Source: Saprospiraceae bacterium (lineage in GTDB: Bacteria > Bacteroidota > Bacteroidia > Chitinophagales > Saprospiraceae). From it: a stretch of 64,000 nt of DNA. Of this stretch, positions 18,339 through 27,485 are shown one piece after another (position 1 is the stretch's first letter; the number at the start of each line of letters is the position of its first letter). The translations under genes and the position numbers were made by a program. The notes beneath the pieces were generated by a model. That model searched no databases. It was given only the letters and a program-made list of their open reading frames with translations, and was not told the DNA's origin. The DNA is taken from contig JAHDFQ010000005.1 in assembly GCA_020628085.1 (NCBI GenBank), positions 2,327 to 66,326 of the forward strand, read 5' to 3'.

Positions 18339-18920
18339 GATATTTAAAGTTGCTGCTGCTAAACCGACCGTAATATAGTATATATTTTTACCATATATTA
18401 GACCATTTAGGGAACGGTAGCTGTTTGTTAGCTAGTTGTTTTTTTGGTTTATATAGAAGGGATTACTTCTAGTTCAGGAACATATTATAATTTTCTGTAA
18501 GGTATTTATTAAAAATATATTTATATATAATTTTTGCATTTTGGTTAATAGTTACTACTTTTATGTCAATTATAAGCAAAATGCTACATTAACAAATCTA
18601 ATCCCTTGAGCAACTTTGTTTATAAATTCCTTAGACCGAGACTTTTAGAAGTTTTCGGGGATAGAATTTTCTATCCCTGCTTTCTAAAACTTGTCTCCAC
18701 TAATGCCTGTTAAAGGTTAACCAAATCCAATTCAATTCAACCTACACTTTTAAATCATTTTTTAAAAAAGATGGTTGTAACATGTTGCACACAAATTCAG
18801 TACTTAACTTTGGTATAATAGATTCCTTTTAGCGTTTATCAAAGTTGTAGCTTGATAACTGTTCGACAACAGGTTACGCTATTGTTTCTACTAAACCCCA
18901 TTTGAATAATTTGCGCTAAT

Positions 18921-20522
18921 ATGCGAATATATAAGTCCAGCATCATATTATTTTCTATATTCTGGTTTGTCTTTATCTTTTTTGATTATTGGCAAAAGCA
19001 CCCGTATTATTATATAAATTTAATTAATTTCAGTTATTATGATCTAACAGCAGTACTAACTTTACTGGGTGTTGGAACTTATTTTCTTATTAAAAAAGTA
19101 AAAAATCAGGCTTGGAGAAAGTGGTTGAATGGTTTGAGCCTTTTTGGGGCGGCTTTATTTATAATCGCATTGAGTGTACAATTTTATATTAATAAAACGA
19201 ACCTACCCATGACGAACGGCGGAAGCGTGCTTCACCTATTGGGAATGGTTATCCAAGCTGTTACTTCTGTATATCTTGTAACGCTATGTGCCTATGTGAT
19301 TGGAGAACTAATTTGGCGTTTATTTCCTATTCCCATAAAAGGATTATCAAAAGATATCGTTTTGGTTGCTATAGGTATAATGGGTTTGGTTAGTATATTA
19401 TTTCTACTTGGAATATTCAGTTTATTAGTTTGGTATATATTGATCCCCATTTTTGTCTTCATTCTAGGAATACGGTGGAAAATTAGCCTTGATTTTCTTA
19501 AACGCACCTTAATCACTCCCATACAATTACCTAATGAACTAAATGGTCTGGGAATAGCCAGCTTTTATATTTTATTTATCATTATTAGCTGGACAATTAT
19601 GCAGGTTTGCATGCCTTTTCCTAGGGGTTGGGATGCGCTATCACTGTATGTTTCGCTCCCTTCATTGATTAATGATTATCAAGGATTGGTTAGTGGTTAT
19701 CAACCCTATAATTGGTCTTTGATTATGTCTTTAGGCTTTGTGCTTTTTGGTAAAATGGAATCTACCTTAATGTTGTCATATCTTGGAGGATTTCTGACCC
19801 TATTTTCTCTTTACCAACTAGCAAGAACACTATTTAAAATGGACGTGAACTTTAGTTTTCTGTCTCTTTGTATATTCAGTTTGATTCCCAGTATTGCATT
19901 TCAAACATATTTAGAGCAAAAAGTAGATTTAGGTCTGTTGTTTATTTTAACTGCTATTGTCCTCGTTTTAATTAACTGGATTGAACACCATAATAAAGAT
20001 ATAAATACGGTTACTGTTGATTCAGAAAATCATAGAAAGCTACCTTTTATACAGCCTGCCATTGCCTTGATGGGTCTATTGACGGGTTTTGCACTTGGTA
20101 TTAAGTTGACAGCGTTGTTTACATTTTTTGGAATTTTAGCTACAATGTGGTATGTTCTCAAAGGAAATTTGGGATTTTTGGCTTTATTTGCAGTCAGTAT
20201 CTTTGCTATTTTCTTACTAAAAATAGACGATCAAAGTGGCTTGCGTGCCTATCATTTAAGTGCAAGTGCAGTACAATGGATTATGTTAATTATCGGTTTA
20301 GGGTTGGCTGTTTATATCTTTGTAAAAGATAAAAAAACCTTTTTATATGGATTCAAACTGAGTGTGATTTATGGATTATTTTTTGTTTTGCCAATTCTTC
20401 CTTGGTTAACTAAAAATTATTCAGAAACTAAACGATTAGATGTCAATAGTTTACTAAATGGTCAGTCCAATGCACCAAAAATTAGTGCCAAACAACTGAT
20501 TTCTAAATGGAAACAGCAGTAA
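18921..20522 (+). CDS. Large polytopic membrane protein (about 14 TM), possible GT-C-like glycosyltransferase module
   Basis: 533 aa and almost entirely TM helices. One loop motif, PFPRGWDALSLYVSLPSL, resembles the acidic loop signature of GT-C enzymes. No confident family recognised. Confidence 0.6.
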   Translation: MRIYKSSIILFSIFWFVFIFFDYWQKHPYYYINLINFSYYDLTAVLTLLGVGTYFLIKKVKNQAWRKWLNGLSLFGAALFIIALSVQFYINKTNLPMTNGGSVLHLLGMVIQAVTSVYLVTLCAYVIGELIWRLFPIPIKGLSKDIVLVAIGIMGLVSILFLLGIFSLLVWYILIPIFVFILGIRWKISLDFLKRTLITPIQLPNELNGLGIASFYILFIIISWTIMQVCMPFPRGWDALSLYVSLPSLINDYQGLVSGYQPYNWSLIMSLGFVLFGKMESTLMLSYLGGFLTLFSLYQLARTLFKMDVNFSFLSLCIFSLIPSIAFQTYLEQKVDLGLLFILTAIVLVLINWIEHHNKDINTVTVDSENHRKLPFIQPAIALMGLLTGFALGIKLTALFTFFGILATMWYVLKGNLGFLALFAVSIFAIFLLKIDDQSGLRAYHLSASAVQWIMLIIGLGLAVYIFVKDKKTFLYGFKLSVIYGLFFVLPILPWLTKNYSETKRLDVNSLLNGQSNAPKISAKQLISKWKQQ

Positions 20523-20566
20523 AATAGTCCATAGTGCATATTTTTATTTAAAAAGAACATTAAAGA

Positions 20567-21988
20567 ATGTTATCAAATAAATATTTTTCTTGGTTGTATA
20601 TATTGCTAATAGGTATACTTTGTTGTAGCTTATCTATTTCGATATACGCTCAAGATGAAAATAAACAAACTGTTACTCAGGGCAATACCTCCGTTCGAGA
20701 AGAGATTCAACGATATATGGGTTATGAGGAATTACCTGCACGTTACTTGTCCCTTCCATATGATGTAACGATGAATACCAATGTAAGAGGTCCATTTATT
20801 GATATAGGGTTTTGCTTTCTATTGCTTATTCCTATTTTCTATTTAATGGGATATTTGAAAAGACCAAAAGTGGGTATTCCATTCATGCTTTTTTGTGTAT
20901 CAATATTTATAATATCTATCGCAAATAGTTTCATTCTCAGTACCGAACCTCCTTATTTATTAGATACAAAAGAAAAAATAGCTACTTATGTAAATGAAAT
21001 TTCATTAATAGATGCGCCCATTGACTTCATAACTGCACATGTTCATTTAACAGCAAGAACGTTATATCAACCACTAAATAACCTATTTAAAACCATCTCG
21101 GGAAATTATGATTACTTTACCTACCCAATGCTTATTATCTTATTTGTTATTGGTTTTTGGTTAGTTGTTGATCGCATCAAATCACATACAAAAGAAGTAA
21201 AAGCTATAGTTGTTTTTGCTTATATATTTGGATTTTTCTGGCTTATTTTGACCTCTGGAATTATTTGGTATGGATATTTAATACTCGTTTTTTCTACATT
21301 ATTTGTTGTTTATCCACTCTCAAAACAATTAGAACCGTCTAATACTAAAATAGTCAAAGTCATAAAATATAGTGCGTGGAGCATACTTTTTATTAGTATA
21401 TTCTTACTACTGAATTTCAAGTCCATGAACTATCAACCTGTACAAGAAGGAGTAGCACCTGAAAAAATGCTTTTTGACCCGGTATTAACTCAATATAGGC
21501 TAGGTGTCGTCACAAAAGAACAAACCCTTAATCAATATTACCCAGGCATAGATGATGTATTAGATAAAATAAATGAAGAAGATCAATCGCTTGTTTATCG
21601 AGTAGGTACTATATTTCCTTTTTTTATTCGTAAAAACGATAGTAGAGTATTACTCGATAATCAATTGGGTGTTTTTAATACCATTCAAAATCAACTATCC
21701 GATCGAGTTCAAATCGCAGAGGCTTTAAAAGCATCAAATTTTAAGTATATTTTAGTGGATTTAAACACCTATCTTATCGACAAAACCCCCGAAAAAACCT
21801 TGACGAAAAAGTTTTTGGCTTTTATGAATGATTTTATTGCACGAAACCCCAAAATTGAATTGTTAGCAACTGATCGGCAAGTTTTAAATCCTCAAACCAA
21901 TGAAGTGGCACGAAAAGTGTTTCTAAACACTCAGTTAAACGAACAGGCTGTTGGTCGAGGAACTTTTGCTATATATGAGATCAAATAA
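20567..21988 (+). CDS. Polytopic membrane protein with a C-terminal about 170-aa soluble domain
   Basis: Signal/TM at the N-terminus, about 7 TM helices, then a hydrophilic C-terminal domain (PEKMLFDPV ... FAIYEIK). It begins 44 nt after the previous gene. Confidence 0.6.
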   Translation: MLSNKYFSWLYILLIGILCCSLSISIYAQDENKQTVTQGNTSVREEIQRYMGYEELPARYLSLPYDVTMNTNVRGPFIDIGFCFLLLIPIFYLMGYLKRPKVGIPFMLFCVSIFIISIANSFILSTEPPYLLDTKEKIATYVNEISLIDAPIDFITAHVHLTARTLYQPLNNLFKTISGNYDYFTYPMLIILFVIGFWLVVDRIKSHTKEVKAIVVFAYIFGFFWLILTSGIIWYGYLILVFSTLFVVYPLSKQLEPSNTKIVKVIKYSAWSILFISIFLLLNFKSMNYQPVQEGVAPEKMLFDPVLTQYRLGVVTKEQTLNQYYPGIDDVLDKINEEDQSLVYRVGTIFPFFIRKNDSRVLLDNQLGVFNTIQNQLSDRVQIAEALKASNFKYILVDLNTYLIDKTPEKTLTKKFLAFMNDFIARNPKIELLATDRQVLNPQTNEVARKVFLNTQLNEQAVGRGTFAIYEIK

Positions 21989-22198
21989 TATAGACCTAAT
22001 CAAAATATATAAAGATTGTCACAGAAATTAATATTTAACTTTTTACAATATTAATAAAATTATGTATCTTTGTATTATCAAACAACTCATCCCTCCGATA
22101 CCGTTTACACAATTTTAATTTTCCCGTATTAGGGCAAGCATATCAATATAATACAACGTTATGTTGATAGACAACTAGATATTATATCTACCTATTGT

Positions 22199-22870
22199 AT
22201 GAATGACCATGTTTATATCGTAATTCCAGCTAAGGATGAAGCTACCCGTGTGGGTCGAGTTATCCAGAAAACGCAGCTTGCAGGCTTCAACAATATTATT
22301 ATTGTTAACGATGGAAGCAACGACGCTACCGCTGATATTGCACGCCAACATGGTACAATTGTTTTAACGCATACTGTCAATCTTGGACCTGGCGCTGCTA
22401 CGCAAACAGGTATTGATTATGCGCTAAGTTGTGGTGCACAAGCCATAGTAACGCTTGATGCAGACGAACAACACTCCCCTGCTGATATTCAACATATGGT
22501 TCATGTGTTGAAAACAAAAAAAATGGATGTGGTCATCGGTAGTCGATTTTTAAATAGCGAAAATAGTATTCCTCCCACTCGAATTGTATACAACAAAATT
22601 GCAAACGTCATTACTTATATTTTAACTGGAATCAGCGTCACAGATAGTCAATCTGGCATGAAAGCGATGTCACGTCGTTTTGCTCATAAATCTAAATTAC
22701 ATTTTAACGGATTTGAGTTTTGTGTGGAGATTATCCGAAATATTGGATTGCACAAAGCCAAATTTACAGAAGTACCAATTCAGGTGATGTACAGCGCAGA
22801 AACATTGAGTAAGGGGCAAAGCTTCTTTTCTGGTGTTCGTATGCTAGGTAAACTCTTCAAGATTTTTTAA
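22199..22870 (+). CDS. Family 2 glycosyltransferase, polyprenyl-phosphate sugar synthase type (DPM1/GtrB/ArnC-like)
   Basis: 223 aa. VYIVIPAKDEATRVGRVI, IIIVNDGSNDAT, TLDADEQHSP (DxD) and VVIGSRF fit the short soluble GT2 group that loads sugars onto polyprenyl phosphate. Confidence 0.75.
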   Translation: MNDHVYIVIPAKDEATRVGRVIQKTQLAGFNNIIIVNDGSNDATADIARQHGTIVLTHTVNLGPGAATQTGIDYALSCGAQAIVTLDADEQHSPADIQHMVHVLKTKKMDVVIGSRFLNSENSIPPTRIVYNKIANVITYILTGISVTDSQSGMKAMSRRFAHKSKLHFNGFEFCVEIIRNIGLHKAKFTEVPIQVMYSAETLSKGQSFFSGVRMLGKLFKIF

Positions 22871-22901
22871 AAGGTATTATTACCTAAGAACTTTTCTTAA
22901 A

Positions 22902-22935
22902 CTAAAAAAGACGATACTCATACAAGTACCGTCTT
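22902..22935 (-). terminator. Rho-independent terminator of the 23015-23461 gene
   Basis: On the minus strand, AAGACGGTAC / GTATCGTCTT form a 10-bp stem with one G-U pair, followed by TTTTTT. Confidence 0.6.
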
Positions 22936-23014
22936 CAAATTCAAACTCTGCAATAGATCTTCTAGGTGTTAAATCTTTCTAATTTATTTTTTGGTTAGTT
23001 TTGACTGAGCTATG

Positions 23015-23461
23015 CTAGTAAGCTCGTCCTCTATGTCGCAGTTGGTCGCTCGTAAATATTTGACCCTGGGTGTTATCAGATTGATCTATGAGTGGGATTA
23101 AGTAATCATGATTACTACAAACACACATCAAAGGTGCTGCTTCTTTAAAAGAAATGTCTAACTTTTTCTCTTTTCCTTCTACTATCTGGACGTTCTCTAT
23201 CCGTCGTTTCCTGTATCCTACATAATACGCCTCCACATCATACACTCCAACTGTTAGACTATCTATCCTATAATTCCCATCAAAATCTGTTTCTACACCA
23301 GTCACTAAAACACCATTTTGAAAAAGTGCTACATTTCCAAATAAAATCGGTTCTCCGTTTTCAGCATCTGTTACATGACCATATAAAGTCGCTGTTTGTG
23401 CTGTGACGGAACAACAACAAACCAAACACCACATCAAAATTCCAAACTTTATATTTTCCAT
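23015..23461 (-). CDS. Small secreted protein with a carboxypeptidase-regulatory-like (CarboxypepD_reg) domain
   Basis: Signal peptide, then TLYGHVTDAENGEPILFGNVALFQNGVLVTGVETDFDGNYRIDSLTVGVYDVEAYYVGY, the Ig-like domain also found at the N-terminus of SusC-type receptors. Confidence 0.7.
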   Translation of the reverse strand: MENIKFGILMWCLVCCCSVTAQTATLYGHVTDAENGEPILFGNVALFQNGVLVTGVETDFDGNYRIDSLTVGVYDVEAYYVGYRKRRIENVQIVEGKEKKLDISFKEAAPLMCVCSNHDYLIPLIDQSDNTQGQIFTSDQLRHRGRAY

Positions 23462-23688
23462 ACTTTGTAATTGATTACACCTGCAAGGTAGAACATCCTT
23501 TCATCAAATAAACCCCACATTAGCCCAATAAGTCAGGTTTCTGATTAAATAGAACTTTATGGTCTTCGGGAATAATTGTATTTTCCACAATAAGTGGATA
23601 AATCTATCTTCTAAAATACAAGCAGTCAAATAGAGAATCCGTACTTTTGCGCTCTGTTCAATTATGTTCTTTAAACGAATTCAATACT

Positions 23689-25221
23689 ATGACTCCGAAA
23701 AAGATAAAATCTGCACTCATTTCTGTTTATCACAAAGAAGGGTTGCAACCAATTGTTGAAGAATTGGCAAAGCATCATGTTAAAATTTTCTCTACGGGTG
23801 GAACTCAAAAATTCATTGAAGACCTTGATATCAAAGTAGAAGCTGTCGAAAATCTGACTTCTTATCCTTCTATCCTAGATGGTCGTGTTAAAACATTACA
23901 TCCTAAAGTTTTTGGCGGTATTTTGGCTCGACGAGAAGAAGCACATTTATCACAATTAACACAATATGAGATTCCAGAAATTGATCTCGTTATTGTAGAT
24001 TTATATCCTTTTGAAGAAACCGTGGCAAACACCAGCGACGAATCGACAATTATAGAAAAAATTGATATTGGAGGAATTTCTTTGATCCGAGCAGCAGCCA
24101 AGAATTATAAAGATGTAGTGGTCGTTGCCTCTAGAAATGAATACAATACTTTTTTAAAAATCATTCAAGAAAAGAATGGGGCTACTGATGTTGAAGATCG
24201 TAAGGAACTAGCTCGCTTATCTTTCAAAGAATCATCTAATTACGATACAGCTATTTATAACTACTTTAATGAAGGTAACGATCAGCAGGATTATGCGTTC
24301 AAACAAAGTATTCACCGCTCCACGACGTTACGATATGGCGAAAATCCACATCAAGTTGGTGTTTTTTATGGTGATCTAAGTCAAATGTTCGATACACTTT
24401 CAGGAAAAGCACTTTCTTATAATAATTTGGTGGATGTAGATGCTGCCGTCAATTTAATGGCTGAATTCAAAGATGCTGATCCAACATTTGCTATTTTAAA
24501 ACATACGAATGCTTGTGGACTAGCGACTAGAAACACCATTCACGAAGCATGGGAAGCAGCACTAGCAGCAGATAATATTTCTGCTTTTGGAGGAATACTT
24601 ATTGCTAATGCTCCTATTGATTTGGCAACAGCGACCGCCATAGATCAGATTTTTTATGAAGTACTAATTGCACCTGATTTTGATGCGGATGCGTTAACAT
24701 TATTAATGAAGAAAAAGAAGCGAATTTTATTAAAAATAAAAGATTTTCACGTTAATCAAACCAGTTTCAAAAGTTTACTCAATGGTGTCATTCAACAAGA
24801 TACCGATCTCAAAATAGAACAATCAGATGACCTTAAAGTCGTCACCGACACTGTTCCGACAACTGCACAAATTCGTGATCTCCTATTTGCAAATAAAGCC
24901 GTTAAACACATCAAATCCAACACCATCGTTTTAGTTAAAAACCAACAAATGATTGCGATGGGTTGTGGGCAAACGTCACGTGTAGATGCGTGTAAACAAG
25001 CGATTGCTAAAGCTCATCAATTTGGTTTTGATACAACAGACGCTGTCATGGCTTCCGATGCCTTTTTCCCTTTTCCTGATTGTGTAGAAATTGCGCATAA
25101 AGCGGGAATCAATGCCGTTATCCAGCCTGGTGGTTCTATCAAAGATAATTTAAGTGTTGATTATTGTAATAAAAACAATGTAGCGATGGTCATGACTGGT
25201 ATCCGTCATTTTAAACACTAA
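23689..25221 (+). CDS. purH: Bifunctional AICAR transformylase / IMP cyclohydrolase
   Basis: KSALISVYHKEGL, STGGT, DGRVKTLHPKV, DLVIVDLYPF, IDIGGISLIRAAAKN, GENPHQ and KHTNACG, with a C-terminal ...TGIRHFKH. ATG 23689 is preferred to the track's TTG 23647. Confidence 0.95.
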   Translation: MTPKKIKSALISVYHKEGLQPIVEELAKHHVKIFSTGGTQKFIEDLDIKVEAVENLTSYPSILDGRVKTLHPKVFGGILARREEAHLSQLTQYEIPEIDLVIVDLYPFEETVANTSDESTIIEKIDIGGISLIRAAAKNYKDVVVVASRNEYNTFLKIIQEKNGATDVEDRKELARLSFKESSNYDTAIYNYFNEGNDQQDYAFKQSIHRSTTLRYGENPHQVGVFYGDLSQMFDTLSGKALSYNNLVDVDAAVNLMAEFKDADPTFAILKHTNACGLATRNTIHEAWEAALAADNISAFGGILIANAPIDLATATAIDQIFYEVLIAPDFDADALTLLMKKKKRILLKIKDFHVNQTSFKSLLNGVIQQDTDLKIEQSDDLKVVTDTVPTTAQIRDLLFANKAVKHIKSNTIVLVKNQQMIAMGCGQTSRVDACKQAIAKAHQFGFDTTDAVMASDAFFPFPDCVEIAHKAGINAVIQPGGSIKDNLSVDYCNKNNVAMVMTGIRHFKH

Positions 25222-25240
25222 AACGTGTTCAGGTGCGCAG

Positions 25241-25403
25241 GTGTTCGTGTGTTCACGTGCGATGTAATATTCATGTATTCATTTTTTTTTAGAATATCTG
25301 AAAACACCAATTTATTACAAAATAAGCATCTAAAAGATAGCAGATAATAATAGAACTAAAATAGAAGGTACGTGCGCACGTGCGCACGTTAACACACGAA
25401 CAC
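25241..25403. repeat. 21-nt inverted repeat (one mismatch) flanking a 121-nt AT-rich spacer, with nested GC-rich palindromes
   Basis: GTGTTCGTGTGTTCACGTGCG (25241-25261) versus CGCACGTTAACACACGAACAC (25383-25403). ACGTGCGCACGTGCGCACGT (25370-25389) contains overlapping perfect 12-bp palindromes. Confidence 0.85.
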
Positions 25404-25410
25404 AATAAAT

Positions 25411-26145
25411 ATGAACCTAATCCTTGACATTGGAAATACACGAACTAAATTGGGCATCTTTAAAGGTGACGAATTGGTAGAGCGTGAAATATGGGAGGAT
25501 TGGACGTTAATAGATTTACAAAAATGTATGGAACGTTATCCGCTCATACAACGGGTAGCGGTTTCAACGGTCACTTATATCTGGGACGATGTGGAACAGT
25601 TTTTAAAAGAATTATTTCATTATGTCCCTTTAACACACCAAACTCCAATTCCGATCATTAATGAATATCTAACACCTGAGACGTTGGGTAAGGATAGACT
25701 AGCGGCAGTGATCGGGGCGCAGCATTTATTTCCAGAAACGACTTGTTTGATTATTGACGCTGGAACATGTATCAAATATGATATTTTGTTATCGAATCGT
25801 CGATATTTAGGTGGTAATATTTGCCCTGGTATTCAGATGCGATGGAAAGCCATGCACCAGTTTACAGCAAAATTACCCGAAGTGCGTTTTTCGGATAATC
25901 TTGATTTAGTAGGAAACAACACAGAAACGGCACTACAAACGGGAGGGCAACTCGGTGCTTTAATGGAAATGCGGGCGTTTATTGATGCTTATACCGAAAA
26001 ATTTGGGGTATTAAGTGTTATTTTGACAGGTGGGGATGCAATTTACTTTGCAGACCAGTTAAAAACTAAGATATTTGTGCAACCAAATTTGATCCTCATT
26101 GGGTTAAATAAAATTTTAAACTATAATGTTGAAATATCCAAATAG
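25411..26145 (+). CDS. coaX: Type III pantothenate kinase
   Basis: MNLILDIGNTRTKLGIF at the N-terminus, then LGKDRLAAVIGA, IIDAGTCIKYD and NTETALQTGG. 244 aa. Confidence 0.9.
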   Translation: MNLILDIGNTRTKLGIFKGDELVEREIWEDWTLIDLQKCMERYPLIQRVAVSTVTYIWDDVEQFLKELFHYVPLTHQTPIPIINEYLTPETLGKDRLAAVIGAQHLFPETTCLIIDAGTCIKYDILLSNRRYLGGNICPGIQMRWKAMHQFTAKLPEVRFSDNLDLVGNNTETALQTGGQLGALMEMRAFIDAYTEKFGVLSVILTGGDAIYFADQLKTKIFVQPNLILIGLNKILNYNVEISK

Positions 26146-27484
26146 ATTATTTTTATTATTTATTTTTTTGGGCAGTACTTTTGCGATGCAAGCTCAGTTC
26201 CAAACGAGTGACGAGAATACTCCAAAAGACAATTCTCCGTACTCTAGAATAGGTTTGGGTGATTTAGTAAATCAGAACTTTGTAGCGTCTAGATCAATGG
26301 GAGGATTAGGAGCAACATTTAATGATCCGTTTCATGCCAATACTGTCAATCCTGCTTCATTAGCTTACTTGAAAGCAACATCTTTTGAAATTGGAGGTAC
26401 AGCACAATTTGCTAATTTATCTGGAAACGGGTCTGAAGATGTAGGTATTTGGAGCGGTGGTTTGCATCATATGTCGTTGAGTTTTCCTATACGAAATCCA
26501 GTTAATGAGGTATTGGATCGTAAAAACCCAAAAACACATTGGGGCATGAATATATCGTTGATTCCTTATACTACCGTCGGATATGATATCACAGGTACAA
26601 ATGAAATTGTACAAGACTCAACTTCAACGATTACTAATTTTAATGGTCGTGGAGGAACATATAAAATTCAATGGGGAAATGGTGTCAAGTACAAAGACTT
26701 TTCTTTGGGTGTGACAATCGGTCATAGATTTGGAAAAATCATCAATGAGCGAGATGTCTTTTTTAACGATAGTGATGTAGGTTATAATAATGAATTGTTA
26801 GACGAGTTTAGTATTAGTGGTTTTTACTGGAATCTAGGTGCTATGTATAAACATAGATTTATGACCGTAGAAGATGGCGAAATTGTTCCTAGTGGAAAAT
26901 CCATTACTGTTGGAGTGTATGGTCATACTAATAATGATATTACATCTACTTCCAATCAATTTTATCGTCGAATCAATCGCTTTACAACTGCGTCTGATAC
27001 CCTCTCTTTCTTTGAAGACCGAAAAAGTTCTATTACCCTTCCATCGACGATTGGTTTTGGTATTTTATATGAAAATAACAACAAATTCCGTGTCGGATTC
27101 GATTATGCTGCGTCTAAATGGAGTAATTATCGAAATGAATTAAAACCAGACGTTCTGGAAGATACCTATAGAGTAGCAGCAGGAGCAGAATTTATTCCTG
27201 ACTATGATTCTTATAATAATTATGGAAAAAAAATGCGCTATCGAATTGGAGCATTTTATGAAACTGACCCAAGAAACATTAACGAACAATTAACGAACTA
27301 TGGTATAACAATGGGCTTAGGTTTTCCCGTTATATTACCACGACAGCAAACTTCTTTCTTTAATTTGGGTTTAGAAATAGGACAATTTGGAACGGAGACT
27401 GCTTTACAAGAAACGTATTTTAAGGCTACATTTGGTTTTACACTTAACGATAATAGCTGGTTCTTTAAACGAAAATTTCAATAA
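26126..27484 (+). CDS. Outer-membrane beta-barrel protein, FadL/PorV-like
   Basis: Signal peptide ending in AMQAQ. SPYSRIGLGDL...SRSMGGLGATFNDPFHANTVNPASLAYL resembles the N-terminal hatch region of FadL/OMPP1-type barrels. Alternating beta pattern, with a C-terminal aromatic residue near the end (FFKRKFQ). Confidence 0.55.
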   Translation: MLKYPNRLFLLFIFLGSTFAMQAQFQTSDENTPKDNSPYSRIGLGDLVNQNFVASRSMGGLGATFNDPFHANTVNPASLAYLKATSFEIGGTAQFANLSGNGSEDVGIWSGGLHHMSLSFPIRNPVNEVLDRKNPKTHWGMNISLIPYTTVGYDITGTNEIVQDSTSTITNFNGRGGTYKIQWGNGVKYKDFSLGVTIGHRFGKIINERDVFFNDSDVGYNNELLDEFSISGFYWNLGAMYKHRFMTVEDGEIVPSGKSITVGVYGHTNNDITSTSNQFYRRINRFTTASDTLSFFEDRKSSITLPSTIGFGILYENNNKFRVGFDYAASKWSNYRNELKPDVLEDTYRVAAGAEFIPDYDSYNNYGKKMRYRIGAFYETDPRNINEQLTNYGITMGLGFPVILPRQQTSFFNLGLEIGQFGTETALQETYFKATFGFTLNDNSWFFKRKFQ

Positions 27485-27485
27485 A

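Noticed and set aside
23015-23461. Truncated TonB-dependent receptor pseudogene (CarboxypepD_reg domain only).
   Set aside because: The ORF has its own signal peptide, stop codon and a good terminator 80 nt downstream. No receptor plug or barrel remnants follow in any frame, so it is treated as an intact small gene.
23647-23688. Upstream TTG-initiated extensions of purH (23647), the TPR paralog A gene (27387), uvrA (56768), the M48-like gene (44601) and the 7783 membrane gene (8409).
   Set aside because: In each case family homology or a signal peptide begins at an internal ATG. The extension either overlaps the preceding gene or has no similarity.
25241-25403. Insertion sequence or MITE interpretation of the 21-nt inverted repeat.
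   Set aside because: The element is only about 160 bp, has no transposase and shows no obvious target-site duplication. A MITE or REP cannot be excluded without genome-wide copy counts, so it is reported as a repeat and finding, not as a mobile element.
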